From Gaiellales bacterium (GTDB lineage Bacteria; Actinomycetota; Thermoleophilia; Gaiellales; Gaiellaceae), in NCBI GenBank assembly GCA_038215565.1, contig JBBQQU010000004.1, positions 121,478-185,477 of the forward strand: a DNA stretch of 64,000 bases. The letters run 5' to 3'. Under the pieces are notes generated by a model, which made no database searches, had not been told where the DNA came from, and worked only from the letters and a program-made list of their open reading frames with translations. Numbering within the stretch: position 1 is the stretch's first letter; the number at the start of each line of letters is the position of its first letter. A program made the position numbers and the translations under genes. Below, in pieces: positions 1 through 10,094 of the stretch.

Positions 1-476
1 TCGAGCACGTCCTGGGTCGTCTGGCGACCAGCGCGGAACGTGTACTTGTTGATGCCGGTGATCGCGTCGGCGGCCGCAGGGCCGGAGATGTAGAGCACCT
101 GGTTTTGCGCGGCGAGCGGGGCGATCTGCACCGCGACGCCCGACGAGCCGGTACCCATCAGGATCTTGACACCCTGGCCGATCAGGGCCTTGGCCTCGGT
201 GACGCCGGTCGCTGCGACGCCCTGGTCGTCCTGATAGGTGATGTTGAGCGTCTTGCCGTTGACCTTGCCGGTGCCCTTGGTGGCGTACTGGAGGCCGTAC
301 TTGAACCCCTCGAGTTCCTCGGCGCCATAGGCCCCGAGAATGCCGGTCCGGGGATAGATAAACCCGATGTTGTACGAGGCCGACGCATGGTGCGAACGCG
401 CGGCGACCGAGGCCGTCCCTGCCAGCAGTGTGAAGAGCGCAATCCCGAGTACGACCTTCGTGAAGCGATGACGCAT
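1..476 (-). CDS. ABC transporter substrate-binding protein, Leu/Ile/Val-binding (LivK-like) family; 3' end runs off the window
   Basis: Reverse translation from the ATG at 476 gives MRHRFTKVVLGIALFTLLAGTASVAA (signal peptide). It continues NIGFIYPRTGILGAYGAEELEGFKYGLQY...AKALIGQGVKILMGTGSSGVAV. AGGAGG lies 8 nt upstream (tcctcc at 484-489 on +). Absent from the ORF track because it is open at the window edge. Confidence 0.75.
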   Translation of the reverse strand, partial: MRHRFTKVVLGIALFTLLAGTASVAARSHHASASYNIGFIYPRTGILGAYGAEELEGFKYGLQYATKGTGKVNGKTLNITYQDDQGVAATGVTEAKALIGQGVKILMGTGSSGVAVQIAPLAAQNQVLYISGPAAADAITGINKYTFRAGRQTTQDVL

Positions 477-694
477 GAACGCATCCTCCTGTGAGAGTTC
501 CCCGAACCTGAGACCCGATTCAGGTGTGAGTTTGGGCACAAGTAGTGGACGTGTCAAGCACGAATTTGTTGGGTCGATCGAGAAAGCCGCCGCGGCGCGG
601 CCGCGCGGGGCAGGACGAACCGGCGTTCAGACGCCTGCGTTCAGGGCGTCACCGGCACCGGCAAACCAGGCCTGAGCGGCCCTCGCGGGGCGGG

Positions 695-1969
695 CTACGC
701 GGATTCTTCGGCGAGCTCGTCGGGCTCGAGGTCTGCGCCGGCGCTCGTGACGAGCGTCGGCTTCAAACCCTTCTCGATCGTCTCCTTGGTGATGACGCAC
801 TTGGAGACGTCTTTCCGCGACGGCAACTCGAACATGACGTCGAGGAGCGCGTTCTCGATGATCGAGCGGAGCCCGCGGGCGCCCGTCTCGCGATGCAACG
901 CCTTGTCGGCGATCGACCAGAGCGCGTCATCGGTGAAGACAAGATCGATCGAGTCGTAGTTGAAGAACCGCTGGTACTGCTTGACGAGCGCGTTCTTCGG
1001 CTCGGTGAGGATCTGCACGAGGTCCTCGCGCTTCAGCTGATGCACGGCCGAGATCACCGGCAGTCGGCCGATGAACTCCGGGATCAGACCGAAGTTCAAC
1101 AGATCCTCGGGCATCACCTCGGCGAGCAACTCGGAGCTCTGCGCATCGCGCTTCGACGAGATCTCGCGACCGAAACCAACGGCGTTCTTGCCGATGCGCT
1201 TGGCGATGATCTTGTCGATGCCGGCGAACGCACCGCCGCAGATGAAAAGGATGTTCGTCGTATCGATCGACAGGAACTCCTGGTGCGGGTGTTTCCGGCC
1301 ACCCTGCGGCGGCACGGATGCGACCGTGCCTTCGAGGATCTTCAGCAGCGCCTGCTGCACACCTTCGCCCGACACGTCGCGCGTGATCGACGGGTTATCG
1401 GCCTTGCGCGCGATCTTGTCGACCTCGTCGATGTAGATGATCCCGGTCTCCGCCTTCTTGATGTCGAAGTCGGCGGCCTGGATGAGCTTCAGCAGGATGT
1501 TCTCGACGTCCTCGCCGACATAGCCGGCTTCGGTGAGCGCGGTCGCATCGGCGATGGCAAACGGGACGTTGAGGATCCGTGCGAGCGTCTGCGCGAGATG
1601 CGTCTTGCCACAACCGGTCGGGCCGAGCAGCATGATGTTCGACTTCTGCAGCTCGACCTCGCCGTCCTCGGCGCCCATCTGCACGCGCTTGTAGTGGTTG
1701 TAGACCGCGACCGCGAGACTGCGCTTCGCCTCTTCCTGCGAGACGACGTACTCATTTAGCTCGGCGTAGATCTCGGTCGGGCGCGGCAGGTTCTCGAGGT
1801 CGAGCGAGCTCGGCGCGGTGAGCTCCTCGTCGATGATCTCGTTGCAGAGATCGATGCACTCGTCGCAGATGTAGACACCGGGACCGGCGATGAGCTTCTT
1901 GACCTGCCGCTGCGACTTGCCGCAGAAGCTGCAGAGAAGCTGTTCGTTTCCTTCGCTCGCGCGCGCCAT
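695..1969 (-). CDS. clpX: ATP-dependent Clp protease ATP-binding subunit ClpX
   Basis: 424 aa. N-terminal zinc ribbon CSFCGK...CDEC, Walker A GPTGCGKT, and full-length ClpX-like sequence. Lies downstream of clpP. Confidence 0.97.
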   Translation of the reverse strand: MARASEGNEQLLCSFCGKSQRQVKKLIAGPGVYICDECIDLCNEIIDEELTAPSSLDLENLPRPTEIYAELNEYVVSQEEAKRSLAVAVYNHYKRVQMGAEDGEVELQKSNIMLLGPTGCGKTHLAQTLARILNVPFAIADATALTEAGYVGEDVENILLKLIQAADFDIKKAETGIIYIDEVDKIARKADNPSITRDVSGEGVQQALLKILEGTVASVPPQGGRKHPHQEFLSIDTTNILFICGGAFAGIDKIIAKRIGKNAVGFGREISSKRDAQSSELLAEVMPEDLLNFGLIPEFIGRLPVISAVHQLKREDLVQILTEPKNALVKQYQRFFNYDSIDLVFTDDALWSIADKALHRETGARGLRSIIENALLDVMFELPSRKDVSKCVITKETIEKGLKPTLVTSAGADLEPDELAEESA

Positions 1970-2018
1970 CCCTTACTCCTTTTACCCCGGATTCGCCGAA
2001 ACGGCTAGTGGAGCCGCA

Positions 2019-2627
2019 TTAAGCAGCGGCCTCATTGCGGGTCATGTCGCGGTTTGTGATCACCGTGTCGATGATCCCGTACTCCACTGCTTCAGGCGGG
2101 CTCAGGAAGAAATCTCTCTCCATATCGCGCGAAATATCCTCCTGGGACTTGCCGGTGTGGTGGGCGTAAATCTCCTCCAGACGGCGCTTGAGGCCGATCA
2201 CCTCGCGAGCCTGGATCTCGATGTCGGTGCCCTGGCCCTGGAAGCCGCCGGACACCTGATGGATCAGGATCCGTGAGTTCGGCAGCGACATGCGCTTCCC
2301 TTTCGCGCCGCCCGCAAGGAGCAACGATCCCATGCTCATCGCGATGCCGACACAGATTGTCTGGATGTCCGGCTTGACGAATTGCATCGTGTCGTAGATC
2401 GCAAGACCCGCGTACACGGAGCCGCCCGGCGAGTTGATGTAGAGGTAGATGTCCTTGTCCGGATCCTCGGACTCGAGGTGCAGCAACTGCGCGATGATCA
2501 GGTTCGCGATCTGATCGTCGACGGGAGTGCCGAGGAAGACGATGCGCTCGGCGAGCAGGCGCGAGTAGATGTCGAAGGCGCGCTCGCCGCGCGAGGTCTG
2601 TTCGACGACCATGGGAATCAAAGGCAT
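2019..2627 (-). CDS. clpP: ATP-dependent Clp protease proteolytic subunit ClpP
   Basis: 202 aa. Catalytic Ser context GIAMSMGS, His context ILIHQVSGG, Asp context RDFFLSP. Only one clpP copy in this locus. Confidence 0.97.
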   Translation of the reverse strand: MPLIPMVVEQTSRGERAFDIYSRLLAERIVFLGTPVDDQIANLIIAQLLHLESEDPDKDIYLYINSPGGSVYAGLAIYDTMQFVKPDIQTICVGIAMSMGSLLLAGGAKGKRMSLPNSRILIHQVSGGFQGQGTDIEIQAREVIGLKRRLEEIYAHHTGKSQEDISRDMERDFFLSPPEAVEYGIIDTVITNRDMTRNEAAA

Positions 2628-2632
2628 CTCAT

Positions 2633-3964
2633 TTACTCCTTGCTACCGGGGGTCCAGAGTTTCGGGGTCTCAGTCTCTTGCTCCTGCTCGGGCGTCCAGA
2701 TTGCTTCGCGCGCCTCGTACAACTCGGGCGCGATCGGCTTCACCTCGGCTGCGACGCGGTCGAGGGCCTTCTTCAGCCGGATGTCGTCGCGCACACGGTC
2801 GGCGCCGCCCTCGGCGACGAACTGCTCGATGTCCTCGTCGCTCTCACCGGCCGCGCGCAACTCCTCGCGGATCTCGTCGTCGGTCACGTGAATGCCGAGC
2901 TTGTCGGCCACCGCTTCGAGCACGACCTCGCGCGCGACCGACATGGCCGCCTCACCACGCAGGCGCGCTTCGAGCACCTCGGGCGACTGACCCGACAGCT
3001 GCAAGTAGGTGTTCGCATCGATGCCGCGCGCCTGCAGGCTGCGCGCAAGACCGTTCACGAGCTCCCGCGTGCGCGCCTCGACCAGCGGCCCGGCCGCGGT
3101 GAATTTCGTCGCCTTCACGAGCTCGTCGACAGCGGCGGCGCGGAAGAGCCCGTCGAGCTCCTCCTCGACCTGACCGCGCAGCCGGCCTTCGATCTCACCG
3201 CGGAGCTCGTCGAATGAGTCGAACTCGGAGGCTGCTTTCGCGAGCTCGTCGTCAAGCGGCGGCAACACGCGCTGCTTCAGATCTTTGAGCGTGACCGTCG
3301 CGCTGCGTCGCGTTCCGTCCGCGAGCTCGTAGGCGATCTCGCGGCTCTCACCGGTCGAGAGACCGCGGATCCCATTTTCGATCTCCTCGACGAGACGCTC
3401 GGAGCCGAGGTCGACGACGTAGTCGCGCTGCGCCGTGCCGTCCTCGGAAACCATGTCGACGATCGCGGTGTCGCCGTTCTCGGCGGGGCGACCCTCGACG
3501 GGCACCAACTCACCAACGGTCTTCTGGAGGGCTTCGAGCTCGGCCTGCACCGCTTCGGCAGGGACCTCCGCCTCGGCCTTCGGCACCTCGAGCTGTGTCC
3601 AGTCGGCCGGCTCGGGCTTCGGCTGCACCTCGACGGTCGCGGAGAAGCTCCAGTCCTCGCTCTCGCTCGCCGGCAGCTCGTACTCATATTCGGGCTGTGC
3701 GATCGGATTCACCCGCGCGCGTGTTGCGGCGTTCCAGAACCAGCCCCCGATGTGGCTCTCGACCGCCTCGGAGTAGAGGCGCTCCTTGCCGACGCGCTGC
3801 ATCAAGATCGGCCGCGGCACCTTCCCCTTGCGGAAGCCAGGAATGCGGACGGTCGCAGCGAGGTCGTTGGCCGCGTGCTCGACGGCGTGGTGGACATCGT
3901 GCGCCGGGACGTCGACGGTCAGCTTGACCTTGTCGTCCGAGAGCTGTTCAACGGCAGGATTCAT
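2633..3964 (-). CDS. tig: trigger factor
   Basis: Conserved N-terminus [20 protein letters not shown]...FRKGKVPR begins at the ATG at 3964. The ORF-track start at 4234 adds 90 Arg/Ser-rich residues and would overlap the divergent gene. Order is tig-clpP-clpX. Confidence 0.93.
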   Translation of the reverse strand: MNPAVEQLSDDKVKLTVDVPAHDVHHAVEHAANDLAATVRIPGFRKGKVPRPILMQRVGKERLYSEAVESHIGGWFWNAATRARVNPIAQPEYEYELPASESEDWSFSATVEVQPKPEPADWTQLEVPKAEAEVPAEAVQAELEALQKTVGELVPVEGRPAENGDTAIVDMVSEDGTAQRDYVVDLGSERLVEEIENGIRGLSTGESREIAYELADGTRRSATVTLKDLKQRVLPPLDDELAKAASEFDSFDELRGEIEGRLRGQVEEELDGLFRAAAVDELVKATKFTAAGPLVEARTRELVNGLARSLQARGIDANTYLQLSGQSPEVLEARLRGEAAMSVAREVVLEAVADKLGIHVTDDEIREELRAAGESDEDIEQFVAEGGADRVRDDIRLKKALDRVAAEVKPIAPELYEAREAIWTPEQEQETETPKLWTPGSKE

Positions 3965-4004
3965 GAGGTCGGGCCATTGAACCAGACCTGTAGCTTGCTG
4001 GGCC

Positions 4005-4514
4005 GTGGACGTCGTGGCCGCCATCCGCTCCCGGCGGACGCATAAGCAGTTCGGGCGCGAGGCCGTCACCAGGGCCATCGTCGGAGATCTGCTCGACCTC
4101 GCGCGGTTCGCCCCGAACCACAAGCTGACCCAGCCGTGGCGCTTTCGCCTGCTGGGCGAGGAGACTCGGCGGCGGCTCGATCTGGCGGTCGGCGAGAAAG
4201 AAGCGATGAAGCTCGCCCGCGCCCCGACACTCATCCTCGCGACGGCCCTGCTCTCCGGGGATCCTCAGACCGACGAGGAGGACCTGCACGCCACAGCGTG
4301 CGCGGTGTACGCGGTTCTGCTCGGTGCCACCGCACGCGGGCTCGCGTCGTACTGGCGGACGCCCGCGGCGCTCGCTGAGCCGAACGTGCGGGAGCTCATC
4401 GGCCTCGGGGCGGCCGAGCGAGTTGTCGGGTTGATCCATCTCGGACCGGCGGTGAGCGAGCCGCCGGCCAAGGACCGGTTGCCCCTCGACGACGTTCTCG
4501 TCATCCTTCCCTGA
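4005..4514 (+). CDS. nitroreductase family protein
   Basis: 169 aa with a GTG start. IRSRRTHKQF...APNHKLTQPWRF is the typical nitroreductase fold N-terminus. Confidence 0.8.
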   Translation: MDVVAAIRSRRTHKQFGREAVTRAIVGDLLDLARFAPNHKLTQPWRFRLLGEETRRRLDLAVGEKEAMKLARAPTLILATALLSGDPQTDEEDLHATACAVYAVLLGATARGLASYWRTPAALAEPNVRELIGLGAAERVVGLIHLGPAVSEPPAKDRLPLDDVLVILP

Positions 4515-4531
4515 CGAGACCGCGCTCCTCG

Positions 4532-7171
4532 TCACTGGTCGAGGACGTCGCGGATCCGCCGGCTGAGCTGGGCGCCGCTGAACGGCTTCTGGATGAACGC
4601 GATGCCGGGGTCGTAACCGCCCGCACGAATGACCGCGTCGTCGGTGTAGCCCGACATGTAGAGCACCTTCACGTCCGGCTTATAGGTGTGAAACGCGTCA
4701 GCAGTCTCGCGACCATTCATCCCGGGGAGGACGAGATCGGTGATCAGAAGATCGATCGGGGCCGACGCGTCCTTCGCAAACGCAACCGCCTCTTCGCCAC
4801 TGGCGAAAACATGCGTCCGGTAGCCGAGGCCGTCGAGCATCTGTACGAGCACGCCGCGAACGCCGGGGTCATCTTCGACGAGCAGCAGTGTCTCGCGCCC
4901 GGACTGCGCCGCCGGAGCGACTGGGATTGTCGCCGGCAGCGGAATCGCCGACAGCGGCAGCGCGATCGTGAATGTCGAGCCGCTTCCCGGCGTGCTCTCG
5001 ACCGCGATTTCGCCGCCACTCTGGACAACGATTCCGTGGACGATGGAAAGACCGAGGCCCGTCCCCAGCGGCCCCTTCGTACTGAAGAACGGTTCGAAGA
5101 TCTGGGAGACCGTCAACGCGTCCATCCCGACACCGTTGTCGGAGACCGACAAGTGTGCCTCGCGTCCGTCGGCGGCCAGCGCCACCCCCAAGGTGATCTT
5201 GCCCTTCCGTCCCTCGGGCATTGCGTCGGCCGCGTTGACGATGAGATTCAGGATCACCTGCTCGATCTGCGACCGATCGGCATGAACCGGCGCAGGCCCC
5301 GGCGGCGGCACGGTGACGAGTTCGGTCGTCTCCGGGATCAGCCGGCGAACGAGCGAGCCCATTTCGCTGATCACATCGCCGAGATCGAATGTCTGCGGGC
5401 TCATGACCTGGCGTCGGCTGAAGGCGAGGAGCTGCGCCGTCAGGTTGGCGGCCTTGTTCGCTGCGTCGATCACGCCGTCGATCTCCGCGGCGCCTGCCGT
5501 GCCCTCGAGCTTCGCCCGTGCGAGTTCGGCGTAGCCGCCGATCGCGGTGAGCAGGTTGTTGAAGTCGTGAGCAACGCCGCCCGCGAGCCGCCCGACCGCC
5601 TCCATCTTCTGGGCCTGACGAAGCTGGTCTTCGAGTGAGACCTGCTCGGTCACATCCCGCAGGTTCGCGACGAGGCCGCGCGGCGCGCCGTCGAGCGCCC
5701 GCCAGAGCCCGAGGGTGCCGTCCCAAAGGCGAATGCTTCCGTCCTTTGCGACCACCCGGCTACGAACGACCGACGGCCGGTGATCGCGTTCGGCCTCGGT
5801 AACCGAGTCCCACGCAAGCTCGCGGTCGTCGGGATGCACGAACTCGAGGAAGTTGTGGCCGACGAACTCGTCGGGGGCGTAGCCGAGGATCCCTTCGACG
5901 GACGGCGAGACCAAGCGCACCGTTCCGTCGAAGTCGACGACGGTGAGCACATCCGGTGAAACGTCGATGACTGCTTGGTGGAGTGCCTGGCTCTCCTCCA
6001 ACTCAGCACGCACCTGCCTCATCGCGGTGACGTCCTCGATCTGGGCGGCGAGCATGGCGGTGGATCCGTCCTCCCCACGCACGGCTGACACGCTCACGTT
6101 GGCAAAGACGGTCCCGCCGTCCTTGCGGAGGTACCTCCGGTCGGGAACCGAGTATCGACGCTCGACTCCGTCGCGCAGTGCCTCGATGCTCTCCCGAAAC
6201 CCCGCCGCGTCCTCCGCGGGGACGAGGGCTCCGATCGGCGTCCCGATGAGCTCGGCGGGCTGGTACCCGAGCATCGCTGCGAAGGTCTCGTTGGTCTGCA
6301 GCACGATGCCGTCGGGGTCGGCGATCACCATTCCCGCCGCGATGCCGTCGAACGCGCCTCGGAAGCGACGCTCGCTCGTCTCGAGCTCGGCGCGAGCCGC
6401 GAGCTTCACGGTCACGTCGTGGGCGATCATCATGGCCGTCGAAGGGGCGTCGTCGCGGAACATGATCGCGGAGCTCGCCTCGACCGGCACGCGCCGGCCA
6501 TCCTTGCCGAGCAGCGCGGATTCGAACGTGGTAGCTGTCTCGCTCCGATCGCGCTTCCGCGCGAGGCGCGCGCCCGTGGCAGCCCGCTCCTCCGGCACGA
6601 AGATCGACTCGAGCGTCTGGCCGATGAGCTCGTCCCTCGTATACCCGAGTGTCCGTTCGACCGCCGGGTTCAGCTGTAGCAGCCGACCGTCGAAGTCGAA
6701 CACGATGATCATCTCGCCCGCCCGCTCGAACAGGTCGCGGTAGCGAGCCTCGCTGGCGCGTAACTCCCGCTCGGCAGCGTGTGCCTCCGTGCGGTCGCGC
6801 GTCACGGAGAGGATCGTCTCGACCTCGCCCTGCGCGTTCACTTCGGGCACGACATATGCCTCGAGCCAACGCACCCCGTTCGGCCCGTCAAACGGAAATT
6901 CGAAGCGCCGCTCGAGCCCTTCGTCGAAGACGGCGCCGAGCTCGACATCCCACAGCGCACACAGATCTTCGGGCATGCCGAGCTCTCTGTTGGTTCGGCC
7001 GATGAAGGTCTCCGGCGAAACCCCTGCTACGGCCGTGACCGCCTCGTTGACAAACAGGTGACGAAGCTCGCGGTCGAAGCGGACGACGATGTCGGCGACG
7101 TTCGCGAGCAACGTGTCGCCCGGGAACTTAACCGTCCTCGGGTGCCCGCCATCGTCATCCATCGGAGCCAT
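4532..7171 (-). CDS. hybrid sensor histidine kinase/response regulator with multiple PAS domains
   Basis: 879 aa. Repeated PAS-like modules, H-box GGVAHDFNNLLTAI, N-box LIVNAADAM, G-boxes DNGVGMD and GTGLGLS. C-terminal receiver LLLVEDD...LLITDLVLPGMNG...QKPF. AGGAGA SD lies 6 nt upstream of the ATG. Confidence 0.92.
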   Translation of the reverse strand: MAPMDDDGGHPRTVKFPGDTLLANVADIVVRFDRELRHLFVNEAVTAVAGVSPETFIGRTNRELGMPEDLCALWDVELGAVFDEGLERRFEFPFDGPNGVRWLEAYVVPEVNAQGEVETILSVTRDRTEAHAAERELRASEARYRDLFERAGEMIIVFDFDGRLLQLNPAVERTLGYTRDELIGQTLESIFVPEERAATGARLARKRDRSETATTFESALLGKDGRRVPVEASSAIMFRDDAPSTAMMIAHDVTVKLAARAELETSERRFRGAFDGIAAGMVIADPDGIVLQTNETFAAMLGYQPAELIGTPIGALVPAEDAAGFRESIEALRDGVERRYSVPDRRYLRKDGGTVFANVSVSAVRGEDGSTAMLAAQIEDVTAMRQVRAELEESQALHQAVIDVSPDVLTVVDFDGTVRLVSPSVEGILGYAPDEFVGHNFLEFVHPDDRELAWDSVTEAERDHRPSVVRSRVVAKDGSIRLWDGTLGLWRALDGAPRGLVANLRDVTEQVSLEDQLRQAQKMEAVGRLAGGVAHDFNNLLTAIGGYAELARAKLEGTAGAAEIDGVIDAANKAANLTAQLLAFSRRQVMSPQTFDLGDVISEMGSLVRRLIPETTELVTVPPPGPAPVHADRSQIEQVILNLIVNAADAMPEGRKGKITLGVALAADGREAHLSVSDNGVGMDALTVSQIFEPFFSTKGPLGTGLGLSIVHGIVVQSGGEIAVESTPGSGSTFTIALPLSAIPLPATIPVAPAAQSGRETLLLVEDDPGVRGVLVQMLDGLGYRTHVFASGEEAVAFAKDASAPIDLLITDLVLPGMNGRETADAFHTYKPDVKVLYMSGYTDDAVIRAGGYDPGIAFIQKPFSGAQLSRRIRDVLDQ

Positions 7172-7177
7172 CGGTCT

Positions 7178-7217
7178 CTCCTTTCCCGGCGCGCCGCCTC
7201 TTTTCCCGGCGCGCCGC
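7178..7217. repeat. 20-bp direct tandem repeat x2 (ctcYtttcccggcgcgccgc) immediately upstream of the hybrid kinase start
   Basis: 7178-7197 and 7198-7217 are identical at 19/20 positions. Each unit carries the palindrome GGCGCGCC. The proximal unit supplies the SD of the kinase gene. Confidence 0.9.
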
Positions 7218-7302
7218 GCCGCGCATCACTGAGACCATCGAAAGAAGCGACGGTGGCGACAATGGGGAAATACCCTGAGAGGAACCCCAAAAAGGGTGAG
7301 AG

Positions 7303-7386
7303 TGCGGGCGAGAGGAGTCGAACCTCCAAGAGCCGAAGCTCACCGGGACCTAAACCCGGCGCGTCTGCCAGTTCCGCCACACCCGC
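7303..7386 (-). tRNA. tRNA-Leu(TAG), type II with long variable arm; no encoded CCA
   Basis: Hand-folded GCGGGTG acceptor stem. Anticodon stem CCGGG/CCCGG with loop TTTAGGT. Variable arm GAGCTTCGGCTC. T-arm GGAGGTTCGACTCCTC. Confidence 0.9.
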
Positions 7387-7421
7387 GAGGTGAGGGACAG
7401 CGTACTCCGCGGCCGGGGAGC

Positions 7422-8177
7422 TCACCGAGACGCGACGAGGGGCGCGAAGAAACGGTCGGCGCGCGCCCAGAACGCCTGGCGTGAGCCTGCTTCGTCCCGA
7501 AGCACGGAGAGGTGATCGGCGACGAAGAACCCGTGCGAGCGCACGACCTCGAAGTGGACGTCGTGGTACGGGAACCCGGCGATCGCGAGTTGGGTGATCA
7601 GCTGGTTCGCGCCGATGTTCGCGACGGTCTGATCCGCGTCACCCGCAACGATGAGCACCTTGGTGCGACCGTCGAGCGGGGCAAGGTCGAGCGGCGTGTC
7701 CATCGTGCCGGCGGGGAACACGCTGAAGATGCGCGCCGGCACGAGGCCGGTCGCCTGAGACACGCTCGCGTAGTCCATGACGAGCCGCCCACCACGCGAG
7801 TAGCCGACCGCGGCGACCGGCACGCCCGCGGGAACGTGCGCGGCAGCGAGCACGAGCCCTTGCACGAGATGCTTGAGCACGCCGTTCTGCAGCGGCGTCG
7901 CCTCGTACGCGGGGTAGACGACCTCGTATCCCTCACGCGCCAGGTGCTCGAGCCAGGGCCGGTGGTGGTAGGGCGTCGTCTCGCGTTGATCACCGAGCCC
8001 GTGCACGAAGAGGACGATCAGCTTCGGCTTGCCTGCCGGCGCGAAGATCCAACTCCGCAGCGCCCCGTGCCCGACCTGCTGCACCGTGAACGTCGAAGCG
8101 CTCGAGTGCCGTGCGGCCTGCGCGTGTCCGCCGCACGCGGCGAGTACGAGCGGCAGAACGAGGAGCGCGCGCTTCAT
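7422..8177 (-). CDS. alpha/beta hydrolase lipoprotein
   Basis: Start re-set to MKRALLVLPLVLAACGG (lipobox LAAC). HG motif FVHGLGD. Nucleophile-elbow-like GYSRGG. Confidence 0.7.
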   Translation of the reverse strand: MKRALLVLPLVLAACGGHAQAARHSSASTFTVQQVGHGALRSWIFAPAGKPKLIVLFVHGLGDQRETTPYHHRPWLEHLAREGYEVVYPAYEATPLQNGVLKHLVQGLVLAAAHVPAGVPVAAVGYSRGGRLVMDYASVSQATGLVPARIFSVFPAGTMDTPLDLAPLDGRTKVLIVAGDADQTVANIGANQLITQLAIAGFPYHDVHFEVVRSHGFFVADHLSVLRDEAGSRQAFWARADRFFAPLVASR

Positions 8178-8263
8178 CGACGGGTGAGACAAGGCGAGGC
8201 GGCTCTTTGTTGTTGCGGCCGGGTTAAGCGGCAAGGAGTGCCGCGCGCAGCAGCCGATCACCA

Positions 8264-8335
8264 TGGCCCCGGGTGGAATCGAACCACCGCACGGAGCTTC
8301 GAAGGCTCCCGCTCTGTCCGCTGAGCTACGGGGCC
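8264..8335 (-). tRNA. tRNA-Arg(TCG); no encoded CCA
   Basis: Acceptor GGCCCCG/CGGGGCC. Anticodon stem GGAGC/GCTCC with loop CTTCGAA. T-arm GGTGGTTCGATTCCACC. Confidence 0.88.
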
Positions 8336-8465
8336 GAGCCGTTAGGAGCTTAGCGCGGTCACTCGGCGTGCCACGTCTGGATCCGGCAACGCGATCGTCG
8401 CCTCCGAGTCGCTCGTCAGTTCAACGATCCGCGGGTCGTCGCTTCGTTTAACGATCAGAACGGAG

Positions 8466-8539
8466 GGTGGCGGACGGGACTCGAACCCGCGACCACCGGG
8501 ACCACAACCCGGGGCTCTACCAACTGAGCTACCGCCACC
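8466..8539 (-). tRNA. tRNA-His(GTG) with encoded G-1; no encoded CCA
   Basis: The 5' end GGTGGCGG includes the extra G-1 opposite C73. Anticodon stem CCGGG/CCCGG with loop TTGTGGT. T-arm GCGGGTTCGAGTCCCGT. Confidence 0.9.
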
Positions 8540-8648
8540 GTGCACCGGCAATCGTATCGGCGGTCGGCAGCGAGCGTCTCGACGGCCGAGCGGGCAGGGA
8601 GACGTCGTCAGCGGCCCGAACGACGAAGGGTGGTCGCGAGGCCAGTCG

Positions 8649-9842
8649 TCAGGCCGCAGGCATTCCGGCGGTCAGGCGGTAAACGGCCTCGATCTCGTCG
8701 GCGACCCGCCGCGCATCGAGGTGCTGGAGGGCTCGCCGTCGTGCGTTCATTCCCAGCTCACGGGCCAGTGCCGGATCCTCGACGAGCGCAAGCAGATTCT
8801 CCGCGAGTTGCTGTGCGTCGTCCGCCGGGCCGAGGAGACCAGACGTGCCATGCTCGAGCAATTCCGGCGAGCCGCCGTCCTCGACCGCCACCACGGGTTT
8901 CCCCATCGCCATCGCCTCGCAGATCGCGAGCGCCGCCGGATCGCCGACCGACGGGAGGGTGCTGATGTCGGCTGCAGCCAGGATGTCGCGGACGTCCGTC
9001 CGGAAACCGGTGAACTGGACGCTCTCGTCCAGACCCAGGTCGGAGACGAGGCCGCGAAGCTCCTCGCCGTAGGTCATGCCGCTCGAGCCGGTCCGCAGCC
9101 GCTGCTCCGTCCCCACGAGGACGAGGCGTGCGTCGGGCCGCTTCTCGACCACGCTGGCGAACGCACGCAACAGAACTTTCTGGCGTTTCCACTCGACCAA
9201 TTGCGCGACGCAGACGATGAGCGGGGCGTCGGCGGCAATCCCGAGATCGCGTCGAACAGCCGATCCATCAGCGTCCGATGGGCGCCACCGATCGGTGTCG
9301 ATGCCGATCAGAACGGGAAGGATTCGACCGCACGGAATCCCCCCACGTTGCACGGTTCGACCGGTCCACGTCGAGACGGGGACGACCGCGTCGGCGCGTC
9401 GCAGCGTCAGTCGCGAGCCCGCCGACATCCAGTCACCGTACTGCGAGAAGAACCCGACGATCCATTTCGCACCCGAAAGCTTCGCGAGGAGCAGCCCGTA
9501 GACCCCGTTGCGCGCACCGTCGTAGCAATGGATGACGTCGATGCGGTGGCGGCGGGCGTAGGCGACCGTTCGAGCAAGCTCGGCGACGGCGCTTGGCGCA
9601 CCTGCGAGCGCGCGGAGCGGCGAACCGCCGCGCGGCCCGAAGCTCATCGGGCGACGCCGAATGGTGGACGGGATGACACGCGCGACGGACGACGCCGTGG
9701 GCAGCGCATCCGCGAGCCGCTCATAGACGACATGCACCTCGACGCGGTCGGACTCGACGAAACGCATGAGCATCGCGTTGACCGAGATGGCGGGTGAGCT
9801 CGTCGGCTCGGAGACAATGAAGAGCACCCGGAGGCGACGCAT
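8649..9842 (-). CDS. glycosyltransferase family 4 (GT-B fold)
   Basis: MRRLRVLFIVSE is a typical GT4 N-terminus. The C-terminal half carries the EX7E-type region PSVGDPAALAICEAMAMGKPVVA. The ORF track offers an upstream ATG at 9950, adding 36 aa with weaker GC3. Start is uncertain. Confidence 0.8.
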   Translation of the reverse strand: MRRLRVLFIVSEPTSSPAISVNAMLMRFVESDRVEVHVVYERLADALPTASSVARVIPSTIRRRPMSFGPRGGSPLRALAGAPSAVAELARTVAYARRHRIDVIHCYDGARNGVYGLLLAKLSGAKWIVGFFSQYGDWMSAGSRLTLRRADAVVPVSTWTGRTVQRGGIPCGRILPVLIGIDTDRWRPSDADGSAVRRDLGIAADAPLIVCVAQLVEWKRQKVLLRAFASVVEKRPDARLVLVGTEQRLRTGSSGMTYGEELRGLVSDLGLDESVQFTGFRTDVRDILAAADISTLPSVGDPAALAICEAMAMGKPVVAVEDGGSPELLEHGTSGLLGPADDAQQLAENLLALVEDPALARELGMNARRRALQHLDARRVADEIEAVYRLTAGMPAA

Positions 9843-9995
9843 GCCCGCTTCGGTGAACCGGCGCCCGGAGCCCACAGCGTCGAGCGCTTGCGGTACGGCA
9901 AGAGAATCCGATCTCACGGCCCGCTCTTCGGACATCGCCTGCTCTTCCATGATCCAGCACCGACACTACCGCGCTGACAGAGCGACACGACAGGA

Positions 9996-10067
9996 TGCGC
10001 CCGGGAGGATTCGAACCCCCGACCAACGGCTTAGAAGGCCGCCGCTCTTCCCCTGAGCTACGGGCGC
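9996..10067 (-). tRNA. tRNA-Arg(TCT); no encoded CCA
   Basis: Acceptor GCGCCCG/CGGGCGC. Anticodon stem GCGGC/GCCGT with loop CTTCTAA. T-arm GGGGGTTCGAATCCTCC. Confidence 0.88.
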
Positions 10068-10094
10068 GCCCGTCAAGCGTATCGGGGTGCGCCG

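Noticed and set aside
600-694. Possible intrinsic terminator downstream of clpX
   Set aside because: The region is GC-rich with several short overlapping palindromes (GCCGCG/CGCGGC). No single convincing stem plus U-tract could be defined.
545-1759. 404-aa plus-strand ORF antisense to clpX. There are many similar long antisense or alternative-frame ORFs, e.g. 8721-9797, 13397-14404, 42029-43300, 44958-46508, 47342-48667, 58481-59578 and 15010-15993.
   Set aside because: Their translations are Arg/Ala/Pro/Gly-rich and low in complexity, with no recognisable motifs. Each lies opposite a gene with unambiguous homology. This is the expected stop-codon depletion of GC-rich DNA.
3965-4234. N-terminal extensions offered by the ORF track. 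Examples are tig to 4234, ispH from 20384, fabI to 35382, S8 from 34652, alr to 46338, HAD to 48784, dacB to 63511, GNAT to 58226 and LysR from 49382.
   Set aside because: The extensions are non-homologous and overlap neighbouring genes or tRNAs. They precede well-conserved family N-termini, signal peptides or SD-supported internal starts.
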